From the NCBI GenBank assembly GCA_017654855.1, contig CM030333.1:4464001-4528000 (forward strand): 64,000 nt of DNA, written 5' to 3'. The DNA is from Podospora anserina (taxonomy: Eukaryota). The notes beneath the pieces were generated by a model. The model made no database searches, was not told where the DNA came from, and was given only the letters and a program-made list of their open reading frames with translations. The position numbers and the translations under genes are program-made. Shown in pieces: positions 60,230 through 64,000 of this stretch (positions within the stretch are counted from its first letter, which is position 1; each line of letters opens with the position of its first letter).

Positions 60230-61582
60230 ACAGAAGCCAACCAGAGGGAATGATATGATGAAGATTGTACTTATATCGGAGGACCTTTTGTTCCATTGCA
60301 CATACCTTTTCTTTTCGTTTTTCTGCTTCTTCATTTTTGGGCGTTCACGGCGCCCGGTTGGCCAATATTTTTGGGGCCTTTGGGGATCTTCAAGGCATAT
60401 TATCGCTCGTTCTGGCCTTACATAAAGGGGAAAGGGAAGGGAGTTGCTTGCCAGGAGCAAACTAAATTACAGAAGCTTGGTTGGAGGATATAACAGCTAC
60501 TTATTTGCTTGACAAGGGCAGTAAGGAGACAGGAATACTAGTAAATAGTTTAATACCCCCACTGGCTGAAAGCCGTTCACATCATCGGCTATGCTTCTTT
60601 GTCGCTGACTGTGACATTCATGCTGTGTGGTTCTGAGAATGATAGATGTACTGGTACAAATCATCCTCGAAGAATATTGACAAGCATGGACAATAGCTAA
60701 CCAGCCGGAGGACTACATTGCCGTGATACCGTGAAACGGCACACTACCTTTCTGCTTTTTGTTGGAGATGTGGTGCCGACATTGTGAATGAAATCGCTTA
60801 GTTTGTGATGACTGAAGGAGGTGATATTCGCTAAGGCTAAGGGTTATATCATGACTAAACCTGGTTTAGCTCACGGAAGGCGGACAGACAGACGCGTGCA
60901 TAATGCACTGTCGATCAGGGAACAAGGTGTTTCTGGTCGGTTGACTGGCGGGGGGTGTATATGAGATGGAGATATGGGTTTCAAGAGGAGCGAATGGATA
61001 TGGGTTGGGGGTGTGAAGTTGGTGCGAGTGTGAGTGAGAAGAGTCAGGTACGTGATGACTAGGTGTGTATGAGCTGGTGGTGAGTGAGAGGTTGATTCAG
61101 ACGCTATGAGTGATCAAGTAGGTGATTGATTTACTAGAGACTTTGAATGCCAACCAAGAAAGAGACATATCAAAACGTGCCAACTATTTATCTGATGGAG
61201 CCAGCCTAAGAAATATTGACCCTATACATTTTGAAAGAAATTTGATTGATTACCGGTGGTGTAATGAGGTTGAAAGAAGCACGACCCAAGTCACGTGAGT
61301 GTTCCTGTAAGCTGAGCCTGCAGACCCTTTCTGCTCCAGATGCCTGACGCTCATTGGCCAGTCTGGAAAAACTGGGCTTTTGACCCTGAGGCCTACAACA
61401 GACCAACATGGTGCCTGCCTATTGCTTTGATGAAGGCTACACTAAAAGAAAGGGACGACGGAGGCTTATCGACGATAAGCAGGAAAGATAGCCCCAAGGA
61501 CTGATCATCTGGTCTGCAACCGATATCGTTCAATCAGGTCGCTCCTGCCTATGAACTGTGAATCAGGTTTTTCTTTTCTAGA

Positions 61583-63177
61583 ATGATAAGACGGCAAACA
61601 AACCCTCTGCTTGCCAACCTTCTCGACCGAGCATCTCAACCACAGCAACTCTTTTTGCCAATCCGAGTTTTTGATAACAGTAACAGACTGCTATCATTGC
61701 ATTCTTCTCAAGAACTCCGACTTAACTCAAAGCCATATTTCATTGGCAATATCCATCAGAGTCGAGGTTTGAGCAAATCGGCTCGAGAAAGGCCCGATCG
61801 CAAATCGACTTCTCAGAAAGGTTCACTATCTGGCAAAGGGGAATCGCTGTTGTCTTCATCACCCACATCACAACTATCAACAAGACCACTGTCTTTGTTG
61901 TCATCACAGAATTGTAAGTCACACCACGCCAGCACTCACTTCATTCATTGCTGACCGGATCAGGGTACACCGAACCACCAGCTCCGGCTACAGAGAGCAA
62001 TCACCCAACTGTTGACACCTCCAAATCTGGATCAGCTACTATGGATCAAAATCCAGGCTATCAAGGGTTCAGCCAAGGTTGGTCCAATGGCCTGAACCCA
62101 TCTGCACCTTCCTTCGACCTCAACTCTGCCGAAGGTCAGGCTTATCAACAGCCACCAGCCCAGTTTGATTCCGTTCCCAGATATCGCCACCCCAACGCTC
62201 AGCCCAGTCCTGATTCTAGCCCCATAAATAGCCAGCGCTCTCACAACAAAAAGAAGAACAAGCGTAACCGCAAAGGCCAAAGCGAAGGCGGCGGCACCGG
62301 AGGCGAGTACCTCACCCCCCGTCAAAGACGAAAAGCTGCCCGAGGAGCAGACCCAAACCAGCCCCCAGTCGGCGGTGGTGGTGGTCCCAACCAACTCCCA
62401 AACAGCAACCTTCCCCCCAAACCCCCTCCCGGCCTCTCCCGAGACATGGACAGAGCTCGCCTACCGGCGCAATCAACCCTTCCCGACCTCCTACCTTTTG
62501 CCCCATCCGCAGAGTCAGGCGGCGTTCCCGTTCCTACGGAAGCCTACCTCGCCCGCGCCAACATACCCCCTGCCCCTTCCCCCTCTCCGCACTCATTACT
62601 CCTCGTCATCGACCTCAACGGCACCCTCCTTCATCGACCCCACTCTAGGAGATCTGACCACTACATTCGCCGTCCTCATGCGGAGAAATTCGTGACGTAC
62701 TGTATCGACACATTTTCCGTCGTCATCTGGTCTTCTGCCCGACCAGAAAACGTGGAAAAGATGTGCAGGGATTTACTGACGGACGACCAAAAGCAGAGGG
62801 TTCTGGCCATGTGGGGAAGGGATAAATTCGGGTTGACGGCTAAGGACTACAACAGAAAGGTACAGGTGTATAAACGGCTGGAGACGGTGTGGGGGGATCA
62901 GCATATCAACCCCTCTGGAATGTGGCACCAGGGGAACACGGTGCTGATTGATGATTCGAAGGAAAAGGCGAGGAGCGAGCCGCACAATGCGGTGACGTTG
63001 CCGGAGTTCACGGGGAATAAGGAGGGGAGATGGGAGGGGCAGGTGTTGCCGGCTGTGCATAATTACTTGAACGAGCTGGCCAAGACGGAGGATGTGAGCA
63101 GGCTTATGAGGGTTCATCCGTTTAGAATGCCTATGAATAGGGAGGAGAAGCCTATGAATGGGGAGGACGAATTTTAG
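61583..63177 (+). CDS. NIF/FCP1-like HAD-superfamily phosphatase-domain protein; intron 61914-61963
   Basis: LLVIDLNGTLLHR, RPHAEKF, VVIWSSARPENV, WGRD, KRLETVW, NTVLIDDSKEKA. GTAAGT/CTGAC/CAG intron joins the upstream ATG 61583 exon in frame. Confidence 0.85.
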
Positions 63178-63546
63178 GAGATGGGGGCTTGGGTGGATGT
63201 GGGGGAAGGGGTTTGGAGGGGGGTGTATAGGTGGAACGGGAGACCTGGGAAGAGGACGACGGGGCAGAAAGAGCAGAGCTACATGAAGGTGGCGAAGTGG
63301 AGCAAGAGGCTGGACAAGGCCATGCCGTAGGGGAGGTACGTGACGGGCTGCATACCGGAGGTGAGGAACCATCATCAGCTGCCTTGCAAGGTCCTCAATG
63401 GGGATGGTACACCTCGGAAGGTTGAGGAGGGGGAAGTTGGCGAGTTGGATGAGCTTGTGCAGAGCCTGTACCTCATCTTGCCGCGGCGGAGAAGACAGAA
63501 GCCGTTTAATCACTGTATGAATAACAAGAACGTGACGGTGCTGTAG
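63178..63546 (+). other. Coding-like in-frame extension after the NIF gene stop (candidate edited/readthrough C-terminus, or pseudogene fragment)
   Basis: 123 codons in the same frame, mostly G/C-ending, with one internal TAG (63328-63330) and a closing TAG (63544-63546). Confidence 0.45.
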
Positions 63547-64000
63547 ACAGCGGGTAGGGGAAGAGAGGGCAATAGAGATAAAAATAGCGGTTGTAGTGTA
63601 AATCAACAAGCGTATATTCATACGGCATGCCCTGGAGAAAGATAACTGGTGCTGCGAGTCTGTAAAACTTGTAGTTGTGGTTAATTTGCAGAAGAACGTA
63701 GTCTCGAAAAATAGTTGATAGGCCTCAAAGATAGCTGGGATGCATGACTTGCTTTTGCAGTGCCAGTTATATTGTCTGCAGCGTGATATAGGTAGAGGAA
63801 TAGAGAAAGATCATGATAAAAGCGGTAGTGTGATAAGCAAGTGTTTAAAAGGAGAGGGGGAATGGTTGGAGGGAGTGTATTACCTAAATTGTACATTCAT
63901 TAGTCACATACCATACCAAGAATGCTTCCAACATCTCTATCAAATCCCTGTCATGCTAAAAAGCATCGCAGGCACTGCCGAGTCACCACGGTATCTCAAT

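Noticed and set aside
62773-63621. 282-aa antisense ORF, and similar ones at 1252-1944, 7186-7962, 9117-9797 and 11348-12010
   Set aside because: In-register antisense shadows of biased sense codons with typical skewed composition.
1-64000. Transposons, rRNA/5S, snRNAs, CRISPR, secondary-metabolite or het/NLR clusters
   Set aside because: No transposase or RT motifs, terminal repeats, RNA consensus sequences, PKS/NRPS or NACHT/HET motifs were recognised by eye.

Overview
Gene-dense euchromatic segment of a filamentous ascomycete. It is most likely a Sordariales fungus such as Podospora, inferred from short GT-AG introns with CTRAC/CTAAC branch sites, gene content and very G-rich gene 3' ends. 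I reconstructed 18 protein genes, 16 of them spliced, by reading splice sites: carnosine N-methyltransferase, peroxisomal SDR, Usa1/HERP-like UBL membrane protein, PSD1, nitroreductase, a stand-alone FAD/NADPH reductase, a DUF6590 protein, a coiled-coil hypothetical, fibrillarin (NOP1), RPL17, UCH37, an AzgA-type purine permease, a methyltransferase-like hypothetical, a cAMP-receptor-like GPCR, a Vps3/TGFBRAP1-like protein, CASP/Coy1, a DUF3455 secreted protein and a NIF/FCP1-like HAD protein. I found no rRNA, convincing tRNA, transposon or CRISPR. Three unexplained signals stand out. (1) A coding-biased, in-frame 123-codon continuation follows the TAG stop of the NIF-domain gene and is interrupted only by TAG codons; it is a candidate for A-to-I stop-loss editing or readthrough. 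(2) The purine permease has a 483-nt GC-rich first intron with mutually exclusive pairings next to the 5' splice site. (3) An FMN-less diflavin reductase has a CCGGGCC motif and a long GATA-rich upstream region. All product calls come from motif recognition, not database searches.
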